From contig CAWBZV010000002.1 in NCBI GenBank assembly GCA_963793305.1, positions 224,001 to 288,000 of the forward strand: DNA of 64,000 nt. The letters are read 5' to 3'. Position numbers and translations under genes: made by a program. The stretch comes from an uncultured Gemmatimonadales bacterium. Its GTDB lineage: Bacteria > Gemmatimonadota > Gemmatimonadetes > Gemmatimonadales > Gemmatimonadaceae. The notes under the pieces were generated by a model. That model made no database searches, had not been told where the DNA came from, and was given only the letters and a program-made list of their open reading frames with translations. Of this stretch, positions 39,242-50,419 are shown in pieces; positions within the stretch are counted from its first letter, which is position 1, and the number at the start of each line of letters is the position of its first letter.

Positions 39242-40072
39242 ATGGCGATTCGTCAATTCAAGCCGGTCACGAAGAGCTCGCGATTCCGCTCGGTTTCGGA
39301 TTTCGCGGAGATCACGCGCGACCATCCCGAGAAGTCGTTGGTCGAGCCGCTCAAGAAGTCGGGCGGCCGCGACAACCACGGCCACATCTCGATGCGCCGC
39401 CTGGGCGGCGGGCACAAGCAGAAGTATCGGATCATTGATTTCCGCCGCAACAAGCACGGCGTCACCGCGACGGTGCGCGAGATCGAGTACGATCCGAACC
39501 GCTCGGCCCGTATCGCGCTCGTCGAGTACGCCGACGGCGAGAAGCGGTATATCCTCCACCCCCGCGGCCTCAAGGTCGGCGATACGATCGTGTCGGGCCC
39601 GGGCGCCGATGTCCGCATCGGCAACGCGATCCCGCTGCGTGAGATCCCGCTCGGCACCGACGTGCACAACGTCGAGCTCAAGAAGGGGAAGGGCGGCCAG
39701 GTCGCTCGTTCGGCCGGGACGTCCATCGAAGTCGTCGCGAAAGAGGGCGACTACGTGACCGTCCGCATGCGGTCGACCGAGATGCGGATGATCCATGGCG
39801 ATTGCCTCGCGACGGTCGGCACCGTCGGCAACGCCGAGCACGAGTTGCTGTCCTGGGGCAAAGCGGGGAAGACCCGCTGGCTGGGACGGCGGCCCAAGGT
39901 CCGTGGCGAAGTCATGAACCCCGTGGATCACCCGCACGGCGGCCGCACGCGCGGTGGCCGGAACGTCGTGAGCCCGTGGGGCAAGAAAGAAGGCGTGAAG
40001 ACCCGACACACGAAGAAGGCGTCTCAGCGCCTGATCGTTCGTGGCCGCAAGCGCGGCAAGGCGACTCAATAA
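39242..40072 (+). CDS. rplB: 50S ribosomal protein L2
   Basis: [23 protein letters not shown]. Confidence 0.99.
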   Translation: MAIRQFKPVTKSSRFRSVSDFAEITRDHPEKSLVEPLKKSGGRDNHGHISMRRLGGGHKQKYRIIDFRRNKHGVTATVREIEYDPNRSARIALVEYADGEKRYILHPRGLKVGDTIVSGPGADVRIGNAIPLREIPLGTDVHNVELKKGKGGQVARSAGTSIEVVAKEGDYVTVRMRSTEMRMIHGDCLATVGTVGNAEHELLSWGKAGKTRWLGRRPKVRGEVMNPVDHPHGGRTRGGRNVVSPWGKKEGVKTRHTKKASQRLIVRGRKRGKATQ

Positions 40073-40416
40073 TGGGTAGAAGCGTACATAAAGGACCGTA
40101 CGTCCACGACAGCTTGCTCAAGAAGGTCGGCGCGATGAACGCGGGCCGCAACGACAAGCGCGTCGTGAAGACGTGGTCGCGTTCGAGCACCGTCATCCCG
40201 GATTTCGTCGGGCACACGTTCGCGGTGCACAACGGCAACAAGTTCATCCCGGTGTACGTGACCGAGAACATGGTCGGGCACAAGCTCGGCGAGTTCTCGC
40301 CCACCCGGCTGTTCCGCGGTCACGCGGGCAAAGTCACGGACAAGAAGGCCGCCGGCGTGCCGGCCGCGCCTGCCGCCCCGGCGGCCAGCGGTCCGCCGTC
40401 AAAGGGAGGCAAGTAG
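40072..40416 (+). CDS. rpsS: 30S ribosomal protein S19
   Basis: [20 protein letters not shown]. Confidence 0.98.
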   Translation: MGRSVHKGPYVHDSLLKKVGAMNAGRNDKRVVKTWSRSSTVIPDFVGHTFAVHNGNKFIPVYVTENMVGHKLGEFSPTRLFRGHAGKVTDKKAAGVPAAPAAPAASGPPSKGGK

Positions 40417-40417
40417 C

Positions 40418-40873
40418 ATGGCCGACGTGCGGGCGATCCAGCGGACGACGCGGCAGTCGCCGTACAAAATGCGGTTGGTCATCGACCAGATCCGCGGCAA
40501 GGACGTGAACGAGGCCGTCGCGCTGCTCCGGTTCTCGAAGAAGCACGCGGCGCGTGAGATCGCCAAGGTCCTGCACTCGGCCGTGGCCAACGCCGAGTTC
40601 AAGGCGCGGAACGCGAACGAGACGGTCGATGTCGACACGCTGTTCATCAAGCACGCGATCGTGAACGAAGGGCCGAAGCTCAAGCGCTTCACGCCCGCCG
40701 CGATGGGTCGTGCCACTCAGGTGTTGAAGCGCACCTCGCACGTCGAGATCATCGTCAGTGAGCGCGCCAAACGCATCAAGGTGGTGAAGGCGGCGGCAGC
40801 GACGAAGACGGCGGCCAAGAAGACGGCGCCGAAGAAGGCGGCGGCAAAGAAGAAAACTGCGGAGAAGAAATAA
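40418..40873 (+). CDS. rplV: 50S ribosomal protein L22
   Basis: [26 protein letters not shown]; Lys/Ala tail. Confidence 0.97.
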   Translation: MADVRAIQRTTRQSPYKMRLVIDQIRGKDVNEAVALLRFSKKHAAREIAKVLHSAVANAEFKARNANETVDVDTLFIKHAIVNEGPKLKRFTPAAMGRATQVLKRTSHVEIIVSERAKRIKVVKAAAATKTAAKKTAPKKAAAKKKTAEKK

Positions 40874-41532
40874 TGGGCCAGAAAACAAACCCGATCGGCT
40901 TCCGCCTCGGCGTCTCGAAGCAGTGGCGCTCGCGCTGGTACGCCAACCGCGACTTCCCGGCGCTGCTCAAGGAAGACGAGCTGCTCCGCAAGTACTTGAA
41001 GGCGCGCGTCGGCCACGCGGCGATCGCCGACATTCATATTGAGCGCAAGCCGGGCAAGGTCGTCGTGACCGTGCACACGGCGCGCCCGGGTGTGGTCATC
41101 GGCAAGAAGGGCGCCGAGGTCGACAAGCTCCGCGATGAGCTGACCCAGCTCTCGGGCAAAGAAGTGGGGATCAACGTCGAAGAGATCAAGCGCCCCGAGC
41201 TCGATGCGCAGTTGGTCGCTGACAACGTCGCGAACCAGCTCGCGCAGCGCATCTCGTTCCGCCGCGCCATGAAGCGCGCGGTGCAGAGCGCGATGCGCAT
41301 GGGCGCCCAAGGCATCAAGATCAAATGTGGCGGCCGCTTGGGTGGCGCCGAGATCGCGCGCGTGGAAGGCTATCACGAGGGTCGTGTCCCTCTCCACACG
41401 CTGAGAGCGGACATCGATTACGCGACCTCGACGGCCAAGACCACGTTCGGCACGATCGGCGTGAAAGTGTGGATCTTCAAGGGTGAGATCGTTGAAGACC
41501 GTCGCGGCAAGACGTACTCGACGGGGACCTGA
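40873..41532 (+). CDS. rpsC: 30S ribosomal protein S3
   Basis: [27 protein letters not shown]. Confidence 0.99.
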   Translation: MGQKTNPIGFRLGVSKQWRSRWYANRDFPALLKEDELLRKYLKARVGHAAIADIHIERKPGKVVVTVHTARPGVVIGKKGAEVDKLRDELTQLSGKEVGINVEEIKRPELDAQLVADNVANQLAQRISFRRAMKRAVQSAMRMGAQGIKIKCGGRLGGAEIARVEGYHEGRVPLHTLRADIDYATSTAKTTFGTIGVKVWIFKGEIVEDRRGKTYSTGT

Positions 41533-41537
41533 CGCCG

Positions 41538-41966
41538 ATGCTGAGTCCAAAGCGAGTCAAGTACAGAAAGATGTTCAAGGGCCGCACGACCGGTCTCGCC
41601 ACGCGTGGCAACACGGTGGTGAACGGCCATTACGGTCTGCAGGCCTTGGAGCCCGGTTGGGTTTCGAATCGACAGATCGAGGCCGCCCGTGTCGCGCTCA
41701 CCCGCCATATCAAGCGCGGCGGCAAAGTCTGGATTCGTATTTTTCCGGACAAGCCGATCACGAAGAAACCGGCTGAGACACGGATGGGGAAAGGCAAAGG
41801 CTCTCCGGAGGGATGGGTGGCGGTCGTCAAGCCGGGGAGAGTCATGTTCGAGCTCGAGGGCGTGACGCCGGAGATCGCGAAGCACGCGATGGGGTTGGCC
41901 GCCGCCAAGCTCGGCGTGAAGTCGAAGTTCGTCGTTCGGGAGGAGGCGCACACGGATGCAAACTGA
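41538..41966 (+). CDS. rplP: 50S ribosomal protein L16
   Basis: [22 protein letters not shown]. Confidence 0.99.
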   Translation: MLSPKRVKYRKMFKGRTTGLATRGNTVVNGHYGLQALEPGWVSNRQIEAARVALTRHIKRGGKVWIRIFPDKPITKKPAETRMGKGKGSPEGWVAVVKPGRVMFELEGVTPEIAKHAMGLAAAKLGVKSKFVVREEAHTDAN

Positions 41967-42153
41967 TGAGATCCGGCAGATGAGCGACGACGACATCCGC
42001 GCGCACATTGCCGAAAAGGAAGAGTCGCGGTTCCGGCTACGGTTCCGCGGAGCGACCGAGACGCTGGAGAAGCCGCTCGAGCTCCGCTGGCTGCGGAAGG
42101 ACATTGCGCGCCTGAAAACTATTCTTCGTGAACGTGAGCGTTCCCATGAGTGA
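41956..42153 (+). CDS. rpmC: 50S ribosomal protein L29
   Basis: [14 protein letters not shown]; conserved position. Confidence 0.95.
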   Translation: MQTDEIRQMSDDDIRAHIAEKEESRFRLRFRGATETLEKPLELRWLRKDIARLKTILRERERSHE

Positions 42154-42421
42154 GCAGCAGGTTCAAGAGCACCGCGGCCACCGCAAGACGCGGGTGGGAA
42201 CCGTCGTGAGCGACAAGATGCAGAAGACCGTGGTCGTGGCGATCCAGCGGCGCGTGCCGCACCCGACCTACGGCAAGATGATGACGCGGACCAAGCACTT
42301 TAAGGCCCACGACGAGCAGAACGCGTCGAAGGCCGGGGACGTGGTGCGCATCATGGAGACCCGTCCGTTGTCGAAGGACAAGCGCTGGCGTGTCGTCGAG
42401 ATCCTCGAGCGTGCCCGATGA
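42146..42421 (+). CDS. rpsQ: 30S ribosomal protein S17
   Basis: [22 protein letters not shown]. Confidence 0.98.
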   Translation: MSEQQVQEHRGHRKTRVGTVVSDKMQKTVVVAIQRRVPHPTYGKMMTRTKHFKAHDEQNASKAGDVVRIMETRPLSKDKRWRVVEILERAR

Positions 42422-42786
42422 TTCAACAGGAATCCATCGTCAAGGTCGCGGACAACAGTGGCGCCAAGCGCGCGCTGGTCATCCGCGTGCTCGGCGGGAC
42501 CCGTCGTCGCTACGCCGGTCTCGGTGACACGGTCATCGTCGCGGTCAAGGACGCCCTGCCGAACGGCACCGTCAAGAAATCCGACGTCGCTCGCGCCGTA
42601 GTCGTGCGCACGGCGAAAGAGACGCGCAGAAAAGATGGCAGCTATATCCGGTTCGACGAAAACGCGGTGGTGATCATCAACGAGGCGGGCGAGCCCCGTG
42701 CCACCCGTATCTTCGGCCCGGTCGCGCGCGAGCTGCGCGAAAAGAAGTACATGAAGATCGTGTCGTTGGCTCCTGAGGTCTTGTAG
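42418..42786 (+). CDS. rplN: 50S ribosomal protein L14
   Basis: [27 protein letters not shown]. Confidence 0.99.
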   Translation: MIQQESIVKVADNSGAKRALVIRVLGGTRRRYAGLGDTVIVAVKDALPNGTVKKSDVARAVVVRTAKETRRKDGSYIRFDENAVVIINEAGEPRATRIFGPVARELREKKYMKIVSLAPEVL

Positions 42787-42787
42787 C

Positions 42788-43189
42788 ATGCGCATCTTAA
42801 AGCACAAAAAGACCGCCAAGCGCAAGAACCAGATTCGACATGAGCGCAATGTCGAGCGCCTGAAGATGCGGATCACCAAGGGCGATACCGTCCGGGTGAT
42901 GCGCGGCGACGACCGTGGAAAAGAAGGGAAAGTCCTCGAGGTCTTCCGCAAGACGGGCCGCGTCAAGATCGACGGCGTGAACATCGTCAAGCGGCACCGC
43001 AAAGCCCGCGGGCCGGATGATCAGGGTGGCATCATGGAGATGCCCGCCCCGGTGCACGTGTCGAACGTGATGCTGCTCGATCCGGACTCCGGTGCGGCGA
43101 CGCGCATCGCGGTGCGGATCGATGAGGACGGCACGAAAGAGCGGTTGAGTGTCAAAGGTGGCGGGGCGATCCCCCGCGTGCAGCAGTAA
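42788..43189 (+). CDS. rplX: 50S ribosomal protein L24
   Basis: KOW motif KGDTVRVMRGDDRGKEG, HVSNVML. Confidence 0.96.
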   Translation: MRILKHKKTAKRKNQIRHERNVERLKMRITKGDTVRVMRGDDRGKEGKVLEVFRKTGRVKIDGVNIVKRHRKARGPDDQGGIMEMPAPVHVSNVMLLDPDSGAATRIAVRIDEDGTKERLSVKGGGAIPRVQQ

Positions 43190-43198
43190 GGGAGCGCT

Positions 43199-43909
43199 AT
43201 GGCGACGAAAGAGAAAGACAAAGATCAGCCAAAAGAGAAGAAAAGCGGAGCACCGCCGGCCGGTGCCAGTCGGAAGGGGCGCGCGAAAGAAGCGCCGGCT
43301 CCGCGCGGCCCGCACGCGGGCGCCGGCAAGCCGGTTCCCCCGCCGCGGATGCGCATCTTCTACGCGGAGAAGGTCAAGCCGAAGCTGATGCAGCAGTTCG
43401 CGCTGACGAACACCCACCAGGTGCCCGCGCTGACGAAGATCGTCGTCAACGTTGGCGTTGGTGAGGCCATCAAGCAGCCCAAGGCGCTCGATAAAGTGGT
43501 CGAGGAGCTGGCGGTGATCACCGGCCAGCGCCCGGTGCGGAAGCGCGCGAAGAAGTCGATCGCGAACTTCGGCCTCCGCGAAGGCCAGGAGATCGGCGCC
43601 GCGGTCACGCTGCGTGGCGCGCGGATGTGGGAGTTCCTCGACCGGTTCGTCTCGGTCGCGATCCCGCGGATCCGCGACTTCCGCGGGCTGTCGACGCGGT
43701 CGTTCGACGGGCGCGGCAACTATTCGCTGGGTGTCAAAGAGCAGATGATCTTTCCTGAGATCAATTACGACATGATCGATCAGGTCCATGGCATGGACGT
43801 CACGTTCGTGACGACCGCGGGCCGGGATGACCGGGCGCTGGCGCTGCTGCGCGAGCTTGGGCTCCCGTTCCGTACGGATGAGAAAAAGGGAGCAACACGT
43901 GGCTCGTAA
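43199..43909 (+). CDS. rplE: 50S ribosomal protein L5 with N-terminal extension
   Basis: [24 protein letters not shown]. Confidence 0.98.
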   Translation: MATKEKDKDQPKEKKSGAPPAGASRKGRAKEAPAPRGPHAGAGKPVPPPRMRIFYAEKVKPKLMQQFALTNTHQVPALTKIVVNVGVGEAIKQPKALDKVVEELAVITGQRPVRKRAKKSIANFGLREGQEIGAAVTLRGARMWEFLDRFVSVAIPRIRDFRGLSTRSFDGRGNYSLGVKEQMIFPEINYDMIDQVHGMDVTFVTTAGRDDRALALLRELGLPFRTDEKKGATRGS

Positions 43910-44084
43910 AGCAATGGTCGAAAAATCCAAGCGGACGCCGAAGTTCGCGGTGCGGCAGCACAATCGCTGTCAGCGCTGTGGTCGCGCTCGCGCGTTCCTT
44001 CGCAAATTCGGGCTCTGCCGCATCTGCTTCCGCGAGCTGGCCCTCAACGGTTTCATTCCCGGCGTCCGCAAGGCGAGCTGGTAA
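43899..44084 (+). CDS. rpsN: 30S ribosomal protein S14 type Z (Zn-binding)
   Basis: GTG start; RCQRCGR...LCRICFR...ASW; 61 aa. Confidence 0.96.
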   Translation: MARKAMVEKSKRTPKFAVRQHNRCQRCGRARAFLRKFGLCRICFRELALNGFIPGVRKASW

Positions 44085-44099
44085 GGCGAGGACTTTGTC

Positions 44100-44501
44100 A
44101 TGACGATGACCGACCCGATCGCCGATATGCTGACGCGCATCCGCAATGCCTGCGGCGCGAAGCATCGGCGCGTGGATATCCCGCAGTCGAAGCTCAAGGT
44201 CGAGATCGCGCGCGTGCTCAAGGAGAACGCGCTGATCCAGGACTACAAGACGATCAGCACGGACGAGGGGCATAAGATCCTCCGCGTGATCCTCAAGTAC
44301 GCCCAGGGCGGGCAACCCGTGATCCGCGAGATGCACCGCGTGTCGTCACCGGGCCTCCGGCGGTACGTGGGCGTGCACGACATCCCGCGCGTCCGGAACG
44401 GCCTCGGCATGGCGATCCTCTCGACCTCCAAGGGGTTGATGAGCGACCGCCAAGCAAGAGCCGCACGGCAGGGCGGTGAGCTCTTGGCCGTCGTCTGGTA
44501 G
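44100..44501 (+). CDS. rpsH: 30S ribosomal protein S8
   Basis: TDPIADMLTRIRNA, SPGLRRY. Confidence 0.99.
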   Translation: MTMTDPIADMLTRIRNACGAKHRRVDIPQSKLKVEIARVLKENALIQDYKTISTDEGHKILRVILKYAQGGQPVIREMHRVSSPGLRRYVGVHDIPRVRNGLGMAILSTSKGLMSDRQARAARQGGELLAVVW

Positions 44502-44512
44502 AGGATCCCGAT

Positions 44513-45052
44513 ATGTCTCGTATTGGCAAGAAACCGATAGCGATCCCCAAGGGTGTCACCGTTACCGTCGACGGTTCCGACGTCAAAGTGAAGGGCCCCA
44601 GGGGAGAGCTCGATCGCACCGTTCACTCGGCCATGACGGTCGCCGTAAACGACGGCCAGGTCGCCGTCACGCGTCCCGATGACGAGCCCCAGAGCAAGGC
44701 GCTTCACGGCCTGACACGCACGCTCGTGGCCAACATGATCGAGGGCGTGACCGCGGGCTATAAAAAGCAGTTGGAGATAGTCGGTGTTGGCTACAAAGCC
44801 GAGACGCGCCCGTATGGCTTGCAGCTCGCGCTTGGCTTTTCGCACCCGGTCGAGTATCGGGCGCCGAAGGGTATCAAGCTGAGCGCGCCGCAACCCACGA
44901 GCATTGTCGTCGAGGGCGCGAACAAAGAGACCGTGGGCCAAGTCGCGGCTGAGTTGAGACAACTGAGACCACCCGAGCCGTACAAGGGCAAGGGCATCAA
45001 ATACGTCGGTGAAGTCATCCGCCGGAAAGCGGGTAAGGCCGGAGGCAAGTAA
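44513..45052 (+). CDS. rplF: 50S ribosomal protein L6
   Basis: [19 protein letters not shown]. Confidence 0.99.
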   Translation: MSRIGKKPIAIPKGVTVTVDGSDVKVKGPRGELDRTVHSAMTVAVNDGQVAVTRPDDEPQSKALHGLTRTLVANMIEGVTAGYKKQLEIVGVGYKAETRPYGLQLALGFSHPVEYRAPKGIKLSAPQPTSIVVEGANKETVGQVAAELRQLRPPEPYKGKGIKYVGEVIRRKAGKAGGK

Positions 45053-45411
45053 TGGGTAGAATCGGGATTCCCAAGACCCGCGAGGAATATCGCTATCGCC
45101 GGCACCTCCGCGTACGGAAGAAGATCTCCGGCACGCCGGACCGGCCGCGCCTCGTCGTGTACCGCTCGCTCAAGCACATCTACGCCCAACTCGTCGATGA
45201 TGCCACGCAGCGCACCCTCATGACGGTGTCGAGTAGCAGCATCGATGAGGGCAAGAAGACGGAGAAGTCGACCGAGGTCGGCAAACGACTCGCCGCCAAG
45301 GCGAAGGAAGCCGGCATCACCCGCGTCGTGTTCGATCGCGCGGGGTACAAATACCATGGCCGCGTCAAAGCGGTCGCCGACGGCGCCCGCGAGGGCGGTC
45401 TGGAGTTTTAA
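45052..45411 (+). CDS. rplR: 50S ribosomal protein L18
   Basis: [22 protein letters not shown]. Confidence 0.98.
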   Translation: MGRIGIPKTREEYRYRRHLRVRKKISGTPDRPRLVVYRSLKHIYAQLVDDATQRTLMTVSSSSIDEGKKTEKSTEVGKRLAAKAKEAGITRVVFDRAGYKYHGRVKAVADGAREGGLEF

Positions 45412-45414
45412 ACG

Positions 45415-46284
45415 ATGTCTGAATCGCAATCAGGTGGAGGTCCCCCGCGTCGTCCGTCGGGGAGCGGCCCGGGACGCCCAAGTGGCGGTGGCCCCCCCCG
45501 CCCAGGTGGCGGCGGTGGTGGTGGTCCGCGCCGTCCGGGTGGTGGCGGCGGAGGCGGTGGTGGTCGCGGCGGCGGCGGTGGTCGCGGCGGCGGTGGTGGT
45601 GGCCGTGGCCGCGGCGGACCTGGGGGCGGTCAGGGCGGTCGCGGGCGCGGTCCGGGTGGCCCAGGCGGTGGTCCTGGTGGTCCCGGAGGCCCTGGCGGTC
45701 GCGAAGGCGATGCGCGCCGGTCTCGGGACAGCCGCGCCAGCGGCTCCGTTGAGAGTGGAGGTCGCGAAGGCGGCGATCTGTTGGAAAATGTCATTGCGAT
45801 CAATAGAGTGGCGAAAGTCGTGAAGGGTGGTCGTCGCTTCTCGTTCAACGCGCTCGTTGCCGTCGGTGACGGCCAGGGTCGCGTTGGGTTCGCGACTGGC
45901 AAGGCGAACGAAGTCTCGGAGGCCGTCCGGAAGGCGGTCGACGCGGCGCGCCGCCGCATGGCCAACGTTCCGCTGACCGGTGGCACGATCCCACACGAAG
46001 TCGTGGGCGAGCACGGTGCCGGTCGCGTGTTAATGAAGCCCGCGGCGCCTGGTGCGGGTGTCATCGCCGGCGGCGCCGTACGCGCGATCATGGAGTGCGC
46101 CGGTATCACGGATATCTTGACCAAGAGCCTCGGGTCTACGAATCCGCACAACATGGTGTTGGCCGCGCTCGATGGCCTCTATCACCTGACGACCGTCGAA
46201 GAGATCGCGCGCGAGCGCGGCATCGACATCGCGTCGCTCGGCTACAAGTCGAGAGCCAAGGGCAAGGAGGCGGTGCATGGCTAG
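45415..46284 (+). CDS. rpsE: 30S ribosomal protein S5 with a ~120-aa Gly/Arg/Pro-rich N-terminal extension
   Basis: [25 protein letters not shown]. Confidence 0.97.
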   Translation: MSESQSGGGPPRRPSGSGPGRPSGGGPPRPGGGGGGGPRRPGGGGGGGGGRGGGGGRGGGGGGRGRGGPGGGQGGRGRGPGGPGGGPGGPGGPGGREGDARRSRDSRASGSVESGGREGGDLLENVIAINRVAKVVKGGRRFSFNALVAVGDGQGRVGFATGKANEVSEAVRKAVDAARRRMANVPLTGGTIPHEVVGEHGAGRVLMKPAAPGAGVIAGGAVRAIMECAGITDILTKSLGSTNPHNMVLAALDGLYHLTTVEEIARERGIDIASLGYKSRAKGKEAVHG

Positions 46285-46525
46285 AACATTCGTCTGGCAT
46301 CCGGGACGTGGCCCAGCCAAGACCGAAAAGGCCATCACCGACGCCAAAACGGTCGAGATCCGCCAGGTGCGCTCCGGCATCGGTCACTCCTCCCGTATGC
46401 GGGCGACGCTCGAGGCGATCGGCCTCAAGCATCATCAGGACGTGGTCATCAAGCCATTTACGCCTTCCTTGGCCGGGCAACTCAAGCACGTCCGGCATTT
46501 AGTTTCGGTAAAGAAGCATGACTGA
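46277..46525 (+). CDS. rpmD: 50S ribosomal protein L30
   Basis: QVRSGIG...TLEAIGL...VRHLV. Confidence 0.93.
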   Translation: MARTFVWHPGRGPAKTEKAITDAKTVEIRQVRSGIGHSSRMRATLEAIGLKHHQDVVIKPFTPSLAGQLKHVRHLVSVKKHD

Positions 46526-46979
46526 GCATATTGGTCTCGACTCGCTGCACCCGGCGCCCGGCTCGCATCGCAACCGGAAGCGCATCGGCCGTGGTCCAGG
46601 CTCCGGAACCGGCAAGACCTCGGGGAAGGGCCATAAGGGCATCAAGGCCCGCGCAGGGCATCACGGACCCGGTGGCAACAAGCCACATTTCGAGGGTGGC
46701 CAGATGCCGCTGACCCGTCGTGTCCCCAAGCGCGGCTTCACGAACCCGTTTCGTGAGGAGTCGCAGGTGATTCGGCTCGATGCACTGAGCCGGATCCCCG
46801 AGGGCACGGAGGTGACGCTGCAGGCGCTCGTTGAGGCCGGGCTGGCGAAAGCGTCCAAAGGCGCGCCGAAGATTCTGGCCACCGGCGAGCTCGCCCGCGC
46901 GGTCACCGTCCGCGGTGTCCGAATGAGCGCGGGTGCGAAGGAGAAAATTCTCGCGGCCGGAGGCCGCGTAGAGGAGTAG
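46518..46979 (+). CDS. rplO: 50S ribosomal protein L15
   Basis: RIGRGPGSGTGKTSG, FEGGQMPL. Confidence 0.98.
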   Translation: MTEHIGLDSLHPAPGSHRNRKRIGRGPGSGTGKTSGKGHKGIKARAGHHGPGGNKPHFEGGQMPLTRRVPKRGFTNPFREESQVIRLDALSRIPEGTEVTLQALVEAGLAKASKGAPKILATGELARAVTVRGVRMSAGAKEKILAAGGRVEE

Positions 46980-46983
46980 TCAC

Positions 46984-48318
46984 ATGGCTCAGGCAAATCC
47001 GGCCGCGGCGATCGCCAACGTCTGGAAGACAACGGAGCTGAAGGACAAGATCCTGTTCACGCTCCTGTGCCTCGTCATTTATCGACTGGGCGCGCATGTC
47101 ACGGCGCCCGGGATCGATGTCGTCGCGCTGACCGACTTCTTCGCCAATCAAGGGAAGGGCGGGCTGCTCGGCCTCTATGACTTGTTCGTCGGCGGCGGCC
47201 TGTCCAAGGCCACCGTCTTCGCCCTCGGCATCATGCCGTACATCTCGGCCAGCATCTTCATTCAGATCGCGGGCGCCGTCATCCCGCAGGTCGACAAGAT
47301 GCAGAAGGACGAGGACGGGCGGAAAAAGCTGACCCAGTACACGCGGTATATCACCGTCGCGCTGGCCATCGTCCAGGCGTACGGGTTCGCCCTGTTCACC
47401 GAGTCCCTGCAGGGCGCCGTGCTCCATCCGGGCATCGCGTTCCGGATCCAGATGGTCCTCTTCCTGACGACCGGCGCGATCTTCGTGATGTGGCTCGGCG
47501 AGCAAATCACCGAGCGCGGCGTCGGCAACGGCGCGAGCTTGATCATCTTCTTCTCGATCGTCGAACGCTTCTGGCCCGGCATCTTCGACACGGCCAAGTA
47601 CGTCAACACGGGTGCGACGAACGTCGTCAAGCTGCTCGTGCTCGGCGTCCTCATGGTCGGCGTGGTCGCGGGCGTGGTCGCGATTACCGTGGCGTCGCGC
47701 AAAGTCCCGATCCAGATCCCGCAGCGTACCATGGCCCGCGGGCGGATGCGAGAAGCCGCGAAGAACTTCATCCCGCTCAAGATCAATTCGGCGGGCGTCA
47801 TGCCGATCATCTTCGCCCAGTCCGTGGTCGTCGTGCCGGGCGCGATCGCGCAATTCAGCGGGCTCCAGGCCGCGCGCGATTTCGCCGACTACTTCCAGCC
47901 CACCTCGATTCTGTACTTCGTGCTCGAGGCGGTGCTCATCGTCTTCTTCACGTACTTCTATACGTCGATCATCTTCAACCCGATCGACCTGGCCGAGAAC
48001 CTCAAGAAGCAGGGCGGCTTCATTCCCGGCGTCAAGCCCGGCACGAAGACCGCCGAGTACATCGACGAAGTCATGTCCCGGATCACCCTGCCGGGCGCGC
48101 TCTTCCTGACGTTCATCGCGCTCCTGCCGTCGTGGATCATCACCAGCATCAACGTCCCGTTCCGTTTCGGCGGAACGTCGCTCTTGATCGTGGTCGGCGT
48201 CGCGCTGGATACGATCACCAACATGAACCAGCACTTGCTGCTCCGGAAATACGACGGGTTCATGAAGAAGGGCCGCATTCGCGCGCGCGGCAGCGTTCCA
48301 ACGCCCGGCGGCTATTGA
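46984..48318 (+). CDS. secY: Preprotein translocase SecY
   Basis: ALGIMPYISASI, WLGEQITERGVGNG, GGTSLLIVVGV. Confidence 0.99.
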   Translation: MAQANPAAAIANVWKTTELKDKILFTLLCLVIYRLGAHVTAPGIDVVALTDFFANQGKGGLLGLYDLFVGGGLSKATVFALGIMPYISASIFIQIAGAVIPQVDKMQKDEDGRKKLTQYTRYITVALAIVQAYGFALFTESLQGAVLHPGIAFRIQMVLFLTTGAIFVMWLGEQITERGVGNGASLIIFFSIVERFWPGIFDTAKYVNTGATNVVKLLVLGVLMVGVVAGVVAITVASRKVPIQIPQRTMARGRMREAAKNFIPLKINSAGVMPIIFAQSVVVVPGAIAQFSGLQAARDFADYFQPTSILYFVLEAVLIVFFTYFYTSIIFNPIDLAENLKKQGGFIPGVKPGTKTAEYIDEVMSRITLPGALFLTFIALLPSWIITSINVPFRFGGTSLLIVVGVALDTITNMNQHLLLRKYDGFMKKGRIRARGSVPTPGGY

Positions 48319-48320
48319 TC

Positions 48321-48977
48321 GTGGCGGTTGCCGCGGACAGTCAGCTCGTCGTGTTGCTGGGTCCCCCCGGCGCGGGCAAGGGGACCCAGGCTCAGCTCCT
48401 GTCCGCGGCGCTCGGCATCCCGCAGTTCGCCACTGGCGACATCCTGCGCGCGGCCGCCAAGGCTGGGACACCCTTAGGGCTAAAGGCCAAGGGGTTCATG
48501 GACTCCGGCGCGCTCGTCCCGGATGACGTGATCCTCGGGATCATGCGGGAGACGCTATCGTCTCCTCAATCCACCCGCGGCGCGATCCTGGACGGCGTCG
48601 TCCGCACGGTGCCGCAGGCCGAGGGCCTCAATACGATGCTCGATGGCCTGCATCGGCCCCTGAATGCCGTACTGCTGTTCGATGTGCCCGAGGAGGAGCT
48701 CGTCCGCCGGATCTCTAGCCGGGTGGTGTGTGAGGGTTGCCAGACGCCGTACATGGGCCGCGATCCAGGCGCAGCCTGCGAGAAATGCGGCGGCCGCTTG
48801 GTGCGGCGCAAGGACGATGAACCGGAAGCGGTCCGCAATCGCCTCGCCGTGTACGAGCGCCAGACCGCCCCGGTGATCGCATGGTACCGCTCACACGGCG
48901 TGCCCGTACGCGAGATCGACGCCGTCGGCGCCGTAGACCAAGTCCAGCAGCGCGTGCTCCACGCGCTCGGCCGATGA
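48321..48977 (+). CDS. adk: Adenylate kinase (Zn-LID type)
   Basis: LLGPPGAGKGTQA, LVPDD, CxxC...CxxC lid, RKDD. Confidence 0.96.
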   Translation: MAVAADSQLVVLLGPPGAGKGTQAQLLSAALGIPQFATGDILRAAAKAGTPLGLKAKGFMDSGALVPDDVILGIMRETLSSPQSTRGAILDGVVRTVPQAEGLNTMLDGLHRPLNAVLLFDVPEEELVRRISSRVVCEGCQTPYMGRDPGAACEKCGGRLVRRKDDEPEAVRNRLAVYERQTAPVIAWYRSHGVPVREIDAVGAVDQVQQRVLHALGR

Positions 48978-49726
48978 TCCAACTCAAGTCGCCACGCGAA
49001 ATCGAGATCATGGCCGCGGGCGGCCGGATCCTCGGCGCGACCATCGAGCTCTTGACGTCGCGCGTCATCCCGGGCATCTCGACGGGCGAGCTCGATCAGA
49101 TCGCCGATGAGTTCATTCGGAGCCACGAGGGCGCGGTGCCCGCGTTCAAGGGCTTGTATGGATTCCCCGGCAGCGTCTGCCTCTCGGTCAACCAGGAGAT
49201 CGTGCACGGCATCCCGTCGCCCAAGCGTGTGTTGCGCGAAGGGGACATCATCTCGCTCGACGTCGGCGTGAAGTACCAAGGATTCTATACCGACGCCGCG
49301 GCGACCGTGCCGGTCGGACGGGTCAGCGACGAGACGCAACGGCTTCTCGATGTCACGCAGCAAGCGCTCGCGGCCGGCATTGCGGCGGCCCAGCTCGGCA
49401 ATCACACCGGCGATATCGGCGCGGCGATCTTCGATGTCGTAGAGCGAGCGCACTTTACGGTCGCGAAAGATCTCGTCGGGCACGGCGTCGGCGTCGAGCC
49501 GCACGAGGAGCCCCAAGTGCCGAACTTCGGCAAGCCGAAACGCGGCACGAAACTCGTCACCGGCCTCACGATCGCGATCGAGCCCATGGTCAACATCGGC
49601 CGCGCCGACACGCGCACGCTGTCCGACAAATGGACCGTCGTCACCGCCGACGGCACCCGCTCGGCCCACTTCGAGCACACGGTCGCCGTGACCGACAACG
49701 GCCCCCGGATACTCACGGCCGCATGA
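48974..49726 (+). CDS. map: Methionine aminopeptidase type I
   Basis: VHGIP, GHGVG...HEEP, AIEPM, SAHFEHT. Confidence 0.97.
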   Translation: MIQLKSPREIEIMAAGGRILGATIELLTSRVIPGISTGELDQIADEFIRSHEGAVPAFKGLYGFPGSVCLSVNQEIVHGIPSPKRVLREGDIISLDVGVKYQGFYTDAAATVPVGRVSDETQRLLDVTQQALAAGIAAAQLGNHTGDIGAAIFDVVERAHFTVAKDLVGHGVGVEPHEEPQVPNFGKPKRGTKLVTGLTIAIEPMVNIGRADTRTLSDKWTVVTADGTRSAHFEHTVAVTDNGPRILTAA

Positions 49727-49841
49727 CGCCGCTCCGCGGCGCGTCAATGCAGCGCTTCGCACTGCTCGACTGGTCTGTTCTCCTCCGGGGGGCAAACCCC
49801 AACTACGCCCCCCGGACCCCCCCAAAGCTGCTAACTGCTTC
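49724..49841. repeat. Cluster of REP-like palindromes
   Basis: TGACGCCGC-TCC-GCGG..CGTCA; GCAG.GC-TTC-GC.CTGC; perfect 10-bp TCCGGGGGGC (49784-49793) / GCCCCCCGGA (49807-49816) followed by a C-run. Confidence 0.55.
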
Positions 49842-49843
49842 AA

Positions 49844-50419
49844 GTGATCACCACTTCACGCCTTGTTCTAAGGGAATGGCGCGATAGCGATCTCGAAGCG
49901 TTCACGGCGCTGAATGCCGATCCGCGAGTCCGCGAGTACTTCCCGTCGCTCATGACGCTGGCCGAGAGTCAGGCGAGCATAGACCGCATGCGCGCGCACC
50001 AGGCCGAGTACGGGTTTGGATTCTGGGCGATCGAAGCGCCGGGCGTAGCCGATTGCGTCGGCATGTGCGGCCTGGCTTGGGCGCGCTTCGAGGCCCACTT
50101 CACGCCATGCGTCGAGATCGGCTGGCGGATCGCCCATGAGCATTGGGGCCGCGGCTACGCCCCCGAGGCGGCCCGCGCTTCGCTCGACTACGGGTTCGAG
50201 ACGCTAGGCCTCGACGAGATCGTCGCATTCGCGGTCGTCGCCAACGCGAAGTCGCGCCGCGTGATGGAGAAAATCGGGATGACCTACGACCCCGCCGACG
50301 ATTTCGATCACCCGGGCCTCCCGCCGGGACACCCCCTCCGTCGACACGTCCTCTATCGCATCACAAATGGCGCTCGACGGACGCCGTCGCCAGCGCAACC
50401 GCACCAGCAGCAGCGCTGA
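49844..50419 (+). CDS. GNAT (RimJ/RimL-like) N-acetyltransferase
   Basis: TSRLVLREW, VEIGWRI...WGRGYAPEAA, NAKSRRVMEKIGM. Confidence 0.92.
   Translation: MITTSRLVLREWRDSDLEAFTALNADPRVREYFPSLMTLAESQASIDRMRAHQAEYGFGFWAIEAPGVADCVGMCGLAWARFEAHFTPCVEIGWRIAHEHWGRGYAPEAARASLDYGFETLGLDEIVAFAVVANAKSRRVMEKIGMTYDPADDFDHPGLPPGHPLRRHVLYRITNGARRTPSPAQPHQQQR

Noticed and set aside
45430..45710. GGT/GGC tandem repeats as a CRISPR array or VNTR
   Set aside because: In-frame Gly-rich coding sequence with no repeat-spacer structure; no cas genes in the window.
50361..50419. Convergent 3' overlaps (GNAT/ftcd; also uvrA/EamA at 2800-2831)
   Set aside because: Short tail-to-tail overlaps are common in compact GC-rich genomes.
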